Source: Antechinus flavipes | Taxonomy: Eukaryota | Direction: 5' to 3' | Assembly: GCF_016432865.1 (NCBI RefSeq) | Contig: NC_067400.1 | Location: forward strand, 613,552,001-613,616,000 | Length of the DNA: 64,000 nucleotides | Shown here: positions 48,828 through 60,400 of the stretch, piece after piece | How positions within the stretch are numbered: position 1 is the first letter of the stretch | Layout: each line of letters starts with the position of its first letter | Position numbers and translations under genes: made by a program | The notes under the pieces: model-generated | The model's database searches: none | What the model was told of the DNA's origin: nothing | The model's input: only the letters and a program-made list of their open reading frames with translations

Positions 48828-49190
48828 GCTGAGCCTCTAAGCAACTTGAGGAAATTTATTCCGCTACAAAGTTATCCTGGAGCCTTTGCTGAGCCTCTGA
48901 GCAACTTGGGGAAACTTACTCCGCTACAAAGTTATCCTGGAGCCTTTGCTGAGCCTCGGAGCAACTTGGGGAATCTTACTCCGCTACAAAGTTATCCTGG
49001 AGCCTTTGCTGAGCCTCAGAGCAACTTGGGGAAACTTACTCCGCTACAAAGTTATCCTGAGCCTTTGCTGAGCCTCTGAGCAACTTGGGGAATCTTAGTC
49101 CGCTACAAAGTTATCCTTGAGCCTTTGCTGAGCCTCTGAGCAACTTGGGGAATCTTAGTCCACTACAAAATTATCCTTGAGCCTTTGCTG
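48828..49190 (+). repeat. 60-bp minisatellite, ~6 copies
   Basis: Unit gctgagcctctgagcaacttggggaaacttactccgctacaaagttatcctggagccttt, highly similar copies. Confidence 0.95.
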
Positions 49191-49992
49191 CTCCCCAACC
49201 GGAAACGGTGCTGTGCTGGACAGGGCCGTGTTGAGAAAAAGAGCCAGAAGCCAAAGGAGCCAGTCCGTGTCCTGCCCTGGGAGAGTTTCCAGTCTAAGAG
49301 AGGAGGATCCATCCTTGGCAATTTTTTTTGACCTGTTATATAGTGCTGATGCATTATGTACACAGTAAGTCTTGTCAAATATTCACAACACATTTGGTTA
49401 CATATGATGGACATCTAGTGTCTTGTTACAATTATACAACTGTAATGTCATCTTGTTACATCTAAGTATCTTGTCCCAGGGCCTAGATTCTGGGAGACCT
49501 GAATTCAAAAAAGGTTTCATTTATTAACTGTCTAACTCTAGGCAAGTCACTCAACCTGTCTGCCTCAGTTTCCTCAACTGTAAAATGGGAATAATAAAGA
49601 GTAAAATGAGCTCATAATTGTAAAGTACTTTGCCTAGTGCCTGACATTATAAGCACTAAATAAGTGCTTATCTCATCCCTTTATAGTTCATCTTGCCACA
49701 TGTACATTGTGTTGTTGTTTTTTAAACACGTGTCTCATGATTCATCTCGTTACATGAAACAGGTCTGTTCTGTCTGACCTGACCTGAGGTTACCCAGCAC
49801 TCCACCATCTCAGACCTATGGAGCCATCAGAGAATAACAACATGCAGAGCCAAGGATGGCGGCCACATGGTGCCACGTGACGACTTTGGAGAGGTGAGGG
49901 ACTGACGTGGCTCCGAGGAGTGGGGGCTGCTTTCTAGAGAGGGATTACTCCTCTGCCTCATGAGGAGCTCTATTCCAGTTCTAGTACCAAAC

Positions 49993-50256
49993 NNNNNNNN
50001 NNNNNNNNNNNNNNNNNNNNNNNNNNNNNNNNNNNNNNNNNNNNNNNNNNNNNNNNNNNNNNNNNNNNNNNNNNNNNNNNNNNNNNNNNNNNNNNNNNNN
50101 NNNNNNNNNNNNNNNNNNNNNNNNNNNNNNNNNNNNNNNNNNNNNNNNNNNNNNNNNNNNNNNNNNNNNNNNNNNNNNNNNNNNNNNNNNNNNNNNNNNN
50201 NNNNNNNNNNNNNNNNNNNNNNNNNNNNNNNNNNNNNNNNNNNNNNNNNNNNNNNN
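49993..50256. other. Assembly gap (264 N)
   Basis: Run of N. Confidence 1.
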
Positions 50257-51270
50257 TAGCTCATTCCGTGCTGTTTCCCTACATCCAAATGGAAGCTCCT
50301 TGAGGTCACAGACTATTTCACTTTTCTCTGTGGTCCCTAGTGTCTGGCACATAATAGGCACTTAATAAATGCTCATTGAGGTGAATAGAACTGTCCAAGG
50401 ATTCTGGATCTTTCTTTGAGGTTTACGCTAACCCATCCCAGACAGGGCCCCCGACAGTCACTTCTCTTTGCTGGCTGGCTGCCCTTTGTCCCTCTGTTCT
50501 ATTATATTCACTGTTCCCAGAGCCAACATGACATCATGCCACAAAAAGCTCTTCTTCCCTGTCTTTGGCAAAGGCTTTCTCAGCCACCTCTCCTTGAGTA
50601 TCTCCCTCCTCCTCATCCCCCACATCCACCTCTGCAACATCTCTTCTATCTATCCCCTCTCTCTATTCTCACCGCCTCCTTTTTAGTGGCTCAGGCCACA
50701 AGACCTCTCACCTGGAGGCTTTTCGAGGCCTCTGAATTGGTCTCCCTACTGCTGGGCTCCTCCTCTCAAATCCCTCCCGCACAGGATGTCCCGGTAGATG
50801 GATTTTCCTCAAGAACAGCTTGTTCAGGAACATTAGATGCCCAAAGAATCCTCTAAGCCTCCCTCGCAGCCCTCCACCACCTGGCTCCAACTTGCGTTGT
50901 TGGCCTTGTCTCAGGCCTCTTGTTCTGAGCACACACGGATTCAGTCCAACCGGATGTTTCCCAATTGCTTAAACAAATTCTCCTCTCTGCCTCCACCATT
51001 TGGCCCGCCCCGCCCCCTCCTTTATACCTGGGATGTTCATACCCACCCTGCCCTGCGTGTTCTCTCCAGCCCAATGCTTCCTGAAATCCTCTTCCTGGCC
51101 TGGTTTGGCACAAAGAGCTCTGGGATTGAATGGAAGAACTTGAGAACCTTAGGGTTCTTAGGGACCTTGAAGACTGTCATCTTGTTTATTCTCTCATTGA
51201 TCAAATGGGGGGCCTGGAGCCCAAAGAATGGAAGGGGAGCTGATGAAGGAATACTTTCTTGCTCTAAACA

Positions 51271-51398
51271 NNNNNNNNNNNNNNNNNNNNNNNNNNNNNN
51301 NNNNNNNNNNNNNNNNNNNNNNNNNNNNNNNNNNNNNNNNNNNNNNNNNNNNNNNNNNNNNNNNNNNNNNNNNNNNNNNNNNNNNNNNNNNNNNNNNN
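51271..51398. other. Assembly gap (128 N)
   Basis: Run of N. Confidence 1.
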
Positions 51399-51919
51399 AT
51401 GTCTTGAAGTAGAAGGGAAATGCACCAGGTTGGAAGATAAGCAAAATACTACCCCTGTTTTCATAAAGGGAGGGATAGAAGATTCTACAAGCTGTCAATG
51501 GAGCTTGATCCCCGGAAGCCAATTCACAATGGACAAAGGAAGCTTTGTGAGCATTTAAAAAGAGGAATGGTACTTCCTTGGAAGCACTACAAATCCTTAA
51601 AGAAGCCACAACTGTCTAATCTCATCTCCTCTTTTGATAGGACTCACATCCTGTGATAGGACCACAGACAGGTAAGTCAGAGAAAGGATGGGGAAATAAT
51701 GTCCACAATGCCCTTGTATTCCAGGGAGGATCACAAGATTGTGGGCTGAGAGCTAGGAGGGACCTTAGAGACTACTGACCTGATTTTACAGGTGAGGAAA
51801 CTAAGGCATAGAGAGATCAAGTTATTTGCCTAAATCAGACAACTCAAGTCTTACTGACTCCACTCCATGTTCAGTACTCTGTCATCATCATCATCATCAA
51901 CAACAACATTATTTATATG

Positions 51920-52170
51920 GATAGCTAGGGGGCACTTTAGTGGATAGAGTGCGGAGTCTGGAGTTAGGAAGACTCATGTTCCTAAATTCAAATCCGGCCT
52001 CAGACACTCAGCTGCGTGATCCTGGACAAGTCACTCGCCCTCTCTCAGTTCCTCACCTGTAAAATGAGCTGGAGAAGAAAACAGCAAACCATTCCAGTAT
52101 TTTTTGCCAAGAAAACCCCAAATGTGGTCACCAAGAGTGGGACATGACCAAAAAAACAACTGAAAAAAGT
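51920..52170 (+). mobile_element. MAR1 CORE-SINE
   Basis: gctaggggg..gtggatagagtg..aaattcaaatccggcctcagacact..gtaaaatgagctggagaagaaa..aaaccattccagtattt..ccaagaaaacccc. Confidence 0.75.
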
Positions 52171-53312
52171 TTGCAAAAAACTTCCACTCCAATCCAATCC
52201 ATCTATTGAGTGCCTACTCTATACTAGGTACCGGAGACACAATTAATAAAAAGAAAGAGATCCATCATCAAAGCAGGGAAACAACACACAAAAGAAGTGG
52301 GAAGTGGGCAGGAGTTGGGGCAAAAGAGGGTGCTGGGGCACCTTGTTCCCTGAAGTTGAAACTAAGCAGATGCAAAGTGGAGGGAGCTAAGTCCAGTTTC
52401 TGCCCTTTATAAAGGAAGGCATGCGGCATTCCAACCCTCCAGTCAGAGAAAGTTGAGGGAGCTTGTGTCAATCAGGGCTGAATGAGCCACACATGCCGAG
52501 TTCAGAAGTGATGAGATCACCCTAGGAGGCGAGTCTTGTGTCGTGGAGCTGAAATCGGGCAGAGTAGCAGATGCAAAGTGGACTGGCAATATATTAACAG
52601 TTAACATTTGCTGTCTCATTTGATCCCACAGCAGCCCCAAGAAGTAGGTGCTATTGTTTCTATTTACAGCGAGGAAACGAAGGCTGAGAAAAGTGCTATA
52701 AACTGTCTTACCCTTCCAACAGTTAAGTCCAAGAACGTCCACTTTGCCACTTGACTACCTCTAGATATGTGGCCAAATCTCTCCTGACGTTCTTCTGGAC
52801 AAGGTTGGGACATGGAAGTCAGGGGGCCTTTTCTCTCTACTAAACTGGGGACTCCAAGAGGGCAGGGACCAGTTATCACAGAAATTTAATACTCCTCCCA
52901 GTACACATAATAAGGACTTACTAAAACTCGGATGCTCTGGCCAACAGCACGCGTAAGAGGAGATGTGGCCGCTGACCTGACCCAAAGAGGGGTGAGGAAT
53001 AGAACAACCAATTTCTCTCCTTTGCCCATGCTTTCCTGATCACATCAAATTTGCCCAAATATTAGAGTTATCTGTGAATGACTGTCACCTCTTTGAGTAT
53101 GCTATATATAAGGGCAGAACTTGTGACTTCTTCATCTTCAGGCCTAGAAATGGGCCCTGAACAGAACAGAGGCACCAAAATGATTTTGTGAATATGTGAA
53201 GAGTGAATGTCAATCTGGAGGGAGATCTCTAAGTGATGGCTGCCCAGAGCTGTTCTTGTTCCTGTGCTAACATTTAAAAAAATCAGCAATTTGGATAAGT
53301 GATTAGGTAGTC

Positions 53313-54069
53313 CAGGCATGACTCATTTTATTGCTCTTCACAGATACTGTTTTTTTTTTTTTTTTTTTTTTTACAAATTGCCACAGCCACCCCAACCTTC
53401 AGCACCTTCCATATCCTGACTAGTCAGCAGCTGATATCATTGCAAGACCTTCCAACGCTAAAAAAAAAATAGCTCACTGAAGGCTTAGATAATGGTTAGA
53501 ATTTTAAACAGTCATATATTTTATTTTATTTCTTTACAACATAATCTCTTACACTGACTTCTGTTCCGACTTTTCCCCTCCCTCCTTCCCTCCACCCCCT
53601 CCCCCAGATGGCAAGCAGTCCTTTACATGTTAAATATGTTACCGTATATCCTAGATACAATATATGTGTGCAGAACTGAACAGTTCTCTTGTTGCACAGG
53701 GAGAATTGGATTCAGAAGGTAAAAATAACCCGGGAAGAAAAACCAAAATGCAAACAGTAGTAAAATATTTTAAATTAATTAATGAATTAACTAATTAAGG
53801 CTATTGTGTACTATATAGACTGCATTATAGTGTAAATATGACTTTTATACGTGGTGGGAAATAAAAACTGAGTGTGAAGCTGAGTGTGAAGAAGGGAAGA
53901 AGGATCCCTCAGCAGGGATTTGGAAATGAAAATCTAGAACCAGGCTTAAGTCAGAGCTGAAGAAGTTTGATAATCATCAGTGTATATAATAAGTGACTTG
54001 TTTTGTTGCAATATTCACCTTATTGTGGTGATCTGGAACTGAATCCCCAATCTCTCTGATATATGCCTG
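53313..54069 (+). mobile_element. Internally deleted Tigger1-like element with nested antisense L1 3' fragment (~53510-53760)
   Basis: Starts caggcatgactcattttattgc, ends atctggaactgaatccccaa..tatgcctg; contains gccacagccaccccaaccttcagca. Confidence 0.8.
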
Positions 54070-54344
54070 AACATACATTCAATTTGCAGATGACATAAGA
54101 CTGAGAGGGATAAGCTAATATATATATAACAAGATGTTGACAAACTGAAATTATGGATGAAGATTAACGAGATATGATTCAGTCAGGATAAATGGGGACA
54201 GGTGGGGTGAGGGGATAGGCAGATTTTAAGGAGATCCACAAAGATTAAACACAGGGAGAGATTCCTAGTTCAGTTCAACATTTGGGGACTCTGTGACAAT
54301 GTCAATCAATTTGGGTTTCTTAAACACCGACTATAAGAGAGGGC

Positions 54345-54600
54345 AACTAGGGGCACCGTAGTGGAGAGAACACCAGCCTTGGGTCAGAAAGTCTCTGGCC
54401 TTAAACACTTACTAGCTGTGTCACCCTGGATAAGTCACTTCACTCCATTCGCTTCAGTTTCTTTGTCTGTAAAACGACTTGGAGAAGGAAATGGCAAAGC
54501 ACTCCAGTATCTCTGCCAAGAAAACAACAATTACAACTACTACTGCTAGTGTTCTGTTGCTACTACTGTCACTACTGCTGCTGCTTATACTACTACACGA
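54345..54600 (+). mobile_element. MAR1 SINE with (CTA/CTG)n tail
   Basis: tRNA-like head, CORE, ttggagaaggaaatggcaaagcactccagtatctctgccaagaaaac. Confidence 0.75.
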
Positions 54601-56126
54601 GAGGCCCTGTATTAGATGCTGGGAATATAAAGAAATGTAAAAGGTAAATGACAATTTCTGTTCTCAGGGAGCTTGTAATTGGGAAAGAAAGCGTGCAAGA
54701 CCCTAAGTACAAACACGTTTCAAACACAGGATAAATCAGAAATAATCAACAAAGGGAAGGTCCCAGAATTAAGTGGAATTGGAAAAGACTGCAGTAGAAG
54801 ATAGAATTTTAACTGGCATTTGAAGGAAACCAGAGAATCTAGGAGGTGGAACAAGCCCGGAGAAGGCTCCAGAAATGGGAGACCACTAGAGAAAATGCCC
54901 AGAGCTGAGAGACAAAGTGTCCTGCTTGTGCAACATAAAGGAGATTGGCTCACTGATTTGAAGAGTAGTTGGGGAGGAGGAAGGCGTAAGAAGGCTGGAA
55001 AAATGAGAAGACAGATTATAAAGAAGTGTGAATACCGACAGAGGAAGAGTCGTTTGATTCTAGAAATGACAGGGAATTTATTCTGGATAATAAAACTGGA
55101 GTTTATTCCGCAGGGAGTGGAGTGACATGGTAGAATATTAGTCCTGTAGGAAAATCACCTTGGTAGTTGAAGGGTGGGAAGGAACTTGATGCAGACAGAA
55201 CTTTCAGGGGGCTCCTGCAACAGTCCAGGTATGATAAGAGCCTGCACGAGAGTGCTAAGGAGAGGAGGTGACCAGAGATATTGTAAAGGGCAGAAATTCA
55301 GAAAGTACCCAGTTCGGAGCTGTGTGGTTCTGGGCATGTAAATTCCATGTACTTTGGTTTTCTTGTTTGTAAAAGGAGAATAGTAGCTTGGACCTCCCAG
55401 GGTTGGTATAAAAATAGAAGATACAGTAGTATTTAAAGTGTTTTTGCAAACCTTTATGTAAATGTTCATTATTATTTCACGACATTTCAAGGTCACTTGG
55501 TCCCAGGAAATTCACACCCAACCTTTCCGCCTTTTCCCCATTTCCACCAGAGTCCCAAACATACTCATGAAAAGGAGAGTGACTAGTTAACTTTTTTTTT
55601 TTCTCGAGAGTAAGATACCAGGACCAGTTCTCCCTGCATCGAGCAGCTTCTTTGCCTCTGAACCTGAACTTGAACATCAGGAGCTTTGGGGGGGGGGGGG
55701 TGTGGAAAGGGAAGACAGCATTGTCTGGTTTGGGTTTGGGAAGGACCTGTGCCACAAGGTGGCGCCGAGCTTCCGAGCTCCCCGAGGCCCTCCCTAAAAG
55801 AAGGCGGCCACAAAAGCAAGTTGTTAACACAACATTCCAAGGGACTTTCCAAGTGAGAACCGGGCCACAAGGGGGAGATAGCACACTATGTTCTGTTGGA
55901 ATTGCGGGGGAGGGAGGGAGAAGCATGGAAAGTGGGGCACCAAGGACAGGGACAAGGAGCCACCCGAGACTGAGAGTTTTCCTTCAATTGGTGGCCATGA
56001 AGATCCGAGGCACGAGGGGAAGGGCTTTGTTTGGGAGTTTTGGGGTTGTTTTTTATTCGTTTTGTGATGGTGAAGTTCATCCTGTTCTCACTCAAGACCA
56101 GAGAGATTTTTAGGAGATTGAGTGAC

Positions 56127-56128
<2 letters not shown>

Positions 56129-56159
<31 letters not shown>
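56129..56159 (+). repeat. (AC)15 microsatellite followed by a GA-rich tract to ~56250
   Basis: Read directly. Confidence 0.9.
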
Positions 56160-56162
<3 letters not shown>

Positions 56163-58423
56163 GTAGGAGGAGAAGGTGGATGAAAAGGAGGAGGAGGAGG
56201 AGGGAGGAGGGAGGAAAGGGAAGAGAAGGAGGAAGAGGAAAAGGAAGAAGGCTGTCTGGCCTAGAAGAAGTCAGTAAGTTCTCAGCCGAAGACCCAGGAG
56301 ACCGAAAGCATCTTTCTAAGTGAGGAAAGCAACTGAAAAAGAGGGCATGGGGAAAAGGCAGAATAAAAAAAAAGTAAAGTATCAGAGGCTCCATGATGGG
56401 ATGAGGTTGTTCCTGCCTTTTTCTAGTTTTTTAACTCACCTTTCTACTCCTTACACTGATGATTATCAAACTTCTTCAGCTCTGACTTAAGTCCCCGGTT
56501 CTAGATTTTCATTTCCAAATCCCTGCTGAGGGATCTCTCTTCACATCATCGCACTCAGCAGGCTCAGCTAACCAAATAATGAACTGACAAGTACCAACTT
56601 TGTGCCCGACACCATACGAGGCACTAGATTTGCAAAGACAAAAATATGACAGCTCCTGCCCTCAAGGAGCTTATATTTGATGGAGGAAAACATGCACAGA
56701 TATAATGATACTTAAACAAAGACACAAGCTAAAGACTGAGTAATTTCTGGTGGTGAAAGAGGCAGGGAGGCCCTGACTCCGGAGGGATGAGACGAGGCCT
56801 CAGCTCACTTTTGGGGGTGCTAAAGGAGCTGGGCTCTGCGAACTGGAGTTTTCAAGAAATAGAACATCATAGACAGGAGAAACAACTGGCACAAAGTCAC
56901 ACATGTGTGAACATCAAGGCCAGAGCATCAGAGATGGCCAGTTGGAGAAGAGCAATAGTGTGCAGTAAGTCTGGAAAGGTAGGTTCAAAGAAGGTTGGGA
57001 AGAGATTAAAAAGCCAGCAGTGATCTTAGAGGCAGTGGGGAGTCACTCATTATTGAGCAAGTCAGTAGCATGGTGAGATCTGTACTTTTGTAATATCAAA
57101 TTGGCTGCTATGTGCTAGATAAAAAGGAACCAAGAACCAGGATCAGCACCTTGGTTATGAAACGTTAATCCCTCCCCTATTCCTTCCATCTTTTCCTCCT
57201 CTTCTCTTCCCAGGCTGATGGGAGCTCCCCCCAAAGGCCCAAAGACAATGGGAATAGGGGTGTTATCATGTAGTTTCCCTGTCAGACCATGAACACCCTG
57301 AGTATAGTGCCCAACACATGGTATATACTTAATGCTAGTTGTCTGACTGACTGAAAGAATGGGGTCTTGGAATCGTGGCGTGTAACTCCACCTCTAAGTC
57401 TCAGACTTTCCCTTTTCCCTTGCTTTATCTCCTTTGTCTATTTCCCTCTGCCTTATTTTTTCATACAGGAACTTTTCCATGAGGTGGGGAACCTCCCAGT
57501 TCTGGTGTCCTTAGCTTCCATTGACTTAAGAACTCAAAAGAGTAGAAGCTGGTGGAATAAAGAAGGATTAGATTGGGATGGAATAAAGAAGGATTAGATT
57601 GGTTCTGTCGGGTCCCAGGGGATAGAATGTCGACTAGTGGGCAGAACTGCAAAGAATCAGATTTAGTTCTAGGGTTCAGAAAAGCTTCCTAGCAAGGAGA
57701 GCTGACCCACAGTGGATTGAGTGGCTTTAAGGAGTGGCATTCTCTTGCCTGAAGAGAGGAAATCCCTTGCCTATGACCACAAGGCAATAATAAGTAATAC
57801 TGAGGAAAGATGAGCTCTGTCTTCAGACAAACCTGGATGGCCACTGCTTAGAAGTGTAGAGGAGTAGCTTGTTTGGGAATGACTCAGAATCAGGACTGGC
57901 TCTGGGTGTCCTGACCATCCCAAAATTGTATGATTCCTCTGGAGGGGAAATCCCCTGAGCATTAAAGCAGACCTAGGGCCTTTTTTAAAGAGGGGGAGGG
58001 AATGGGAAAATTTCCCTGGAATAGAGAAAGTATAAGATTAGGATGAAAAGTCCATATATAAGTTGGGGAGGTGGACACACAAAGACACAGAAACACATGG
58101 AAACACAACCGGAAGATCTGGTGCAGCAAAGAGCCCAAGGTTTAGGTTTCAAGAGACCTATTTCAATATGTGATGAAGTACAGATCCAATAAGAGGGGTG
58201 GATCTCCCACAAAACTTAATTTAAATGCCGGTGTGGAGGGGTTTGTCTCAACTTTCCTTCCCCCAATCCTTTCTGGGGATTCCACTGGCAAAGGATTCAG
58301 GATGAAATAAAAAGAGACTTTCCCTCCATTCCTCCATCGGATCGGAGAACTGGACTGGAGGCGGGGAATCGCTGGTCCTTAAGTACCCATGTCCAATTCA
58401 GAGGATCCCAGGGCTTCGAACGA

Positions 58424-58444
58424 TTCAGTACTGAGGACAGCTCC
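58424..58444 (+). promoter_or_regulatory. Candidate RE1/NRSE (REST) site upstream of DPF1
   Basis: TTCAGTACTGAGGACAGCTCC versus consensus TTCAGCACCACGGACAGCGCC: 16/21, correct 2-nt spacer, perfect GGACAGC right half. Confidence 0.45.
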
Positions 58445-58999
58445 CAGGGCCGCCCCCTGCCGGCTGTCTACTCCGGTGCAAGCCCCTGAAGTCAAAAAGG
58501 CTCAGGCTGTCCAGCTAGGAGGCAGGCCCAGGTGTTTCCACTCCCACCATAGAGACCTTCTCTCTCCTTGTAGTGTGAACCCCACAGTTTAGTTCTGGAT
58601 ATGTAGTGTTCCCTAAGGGAGGGGGGTGGGGGTGGGGAAAGGAGGGGTGTCGCATCTCTCCAAGCGGATCAGGATTTAGCTAGACATTCAAACCGCTTTC
58701 TTTTGCTCAGAGGAAGGAACTGATGAATAGGGAAGGGGGGAGGGGGGACGGGGAAGGAAGGTGTCCAGGGTCACACAGGGAGTAAATAATCGAATTGGAG
58801 TTCCAAACCAGGGCTTCTGCCTTCCAACTTTAACTCTCTTGCACTTCGCTGGGCTGAATCTCAGATAAGACACTCACTCTTCTGTGCTCTGGGCCTGCTG
58901 GGAGGAAGTCTCCGACAGGAGGTCCTGGCAGACAGGGGGTGGGTACTCCGAGGGGGGGTGCCTACAGAAGGGTGCGTTTGGGGGGCACAGGATTCCCAT

Positions 59000-59442
59000 A
59001 CATTCTCTCTCCCACGTAGACTGAGTCGGCCGGAAGGGGGACGTGGTGTCTGTGGGAGAGCTCCAGGGAAAGGATGCTCCGGCCTTCTCCGGCACTCCCC
59101 GCCCGGTACCTCGGCTGCCCAATCGGCGCCCTGGGGGAGTGGGCAACCCGCAGGGCAGCCGGGATTTGGAGTTCTCCCAGGTTGGCCCCCTCCCCACCCG
59201 GGTGTTTGGGAGAACTCCATCTCCCAACGTCCCTCGGGAGGTGCGGGGATTGGCAGACCCAGCCCACCCCTTTCCCCCTCCCCCGTGCCCCCCTTCAGTC
59301 CCCGATCCCCTCCCCCCTCCTCCTTGGCCACGGCCCCGCCCCCCGGCCCCGCCCCTCCCCTCACCGCAGCCGAAGAATGAATGAAATTGTAGCGCGCTGG
59401 GCGGCGGAGCAGGAGCAGGAGGAGGAGGCGGCGGCAGCGGCA

Positions 59443-59473
<31 letters not shown>

Positions 59474-60400
59474 GGGTCGGGCACGGCCAGCGGAGCGCGG
59501 GGCCCCGGGGGGCCGGAGCCGGGTCCCGAGGGCCGAGCGGCTGCGGCGCCGGGGGCGGGGAGCGGGCCATGGCCACCGCCATCCAGAACCCCCTCAAGTC
59601 GTGAGTCTCCCCCTTCCATCCCATCCTCCCTCCCTCCCTCCCTCCCTCCCTCCTCCCACCGGGCACGGGGCTGGGCACGGCGGGCAGAGCAGGGACAGCA
59701 ACCCTGGAGCCTTGTGTCTGCCCCATTTCCCTTCCTGGAGATTGATGGGTGCCACTGACACCTGGGCGCCCTCCGCCTCCCTCCCCCCCTCCCCGCCCAA
59801 ACCCTGGGATTGATAGGAGCGGGGGATTATTGGGAGGGGGCGGGGGGATGGGCACGGTTGGCAGCCAAACTCGTCCCCCCTCCACCTTCCAGGCCGTCTC
59901 TATTGTCGCCACCCTCAGTGCAGGAATTTGCAGATCCCCGAGTTCGGGCTGGGGGCGGGAAGGGAAGTGGATCTGCTTCGGGGGTGGGGGGCTTCATCCC
60001 CTCCCCCCAACCCTAGGCAGTGGTTCTGGGACTCAATACCCTGCCAGCTTCCGAGGCTGGAGAAGGGAACTGGGAGCCGGAACCGCCTGGGTTCCCCCCC
60101 AACTGTGGACCCTTCGGTATAGCGGGGCGGGGGCGCCCCCTTCCCTTGCTCCACTGGCTCCTCCCCCAGGAGTGACAGGCGCGTGCCCGGCAGAGGGGGA
60201 GGAGGCTGGGGAGTGGCGCGTGCCCGTGGGTTCTCGGGGACGCGGAGGCGCACAAAGGGGCCCCGGGACAGCCCCCCTCCCCGGCCCACCCCGTGCGCTT
60301 GGCCTTGACCTTGGGGTTGAAAGAGTGCGAGGGTCAGAACGAGGCCGCGTGAGACCGAGGGAAAGCAGCAGGAGGGATGGGGGTTCCTGGGCTTCCTGGA
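59000..60400 (+). promoter_or_regulatory. DPF1 CpG-island promoter (exon 1a)
   Basis: CpG-dense; clustered CCCCGCCCC boxes at 59334-59356; GCG repeat. Confidence 0.7.
59428..59472 (+). repeat. (GCG/GCA)15 trinucleotide repeat in the DPF1 5' leader
   Basis: Read directly; two GCA interruptions near the 5' end, then 10 uninterrupted GCG. Confidence 0.95.

Noticed and set aside
48828-49190. Repeat array as CRISPR or as a repetitive protein gene
   Set aside because: Head-to-tail units with no unique spacers, eukaryotic context, frameshift in copy 4 and no credible splice or start context.
49827-51609. ORFs spanning the N runs
   Set aside because: Artefacts of translating assembly gaps.
57553-57602. 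24-bp tandem duplication tggaataaagaaggattagattgg
   Set aside because: Ordinary slippage duplication in intergenic DNA; no functional context.
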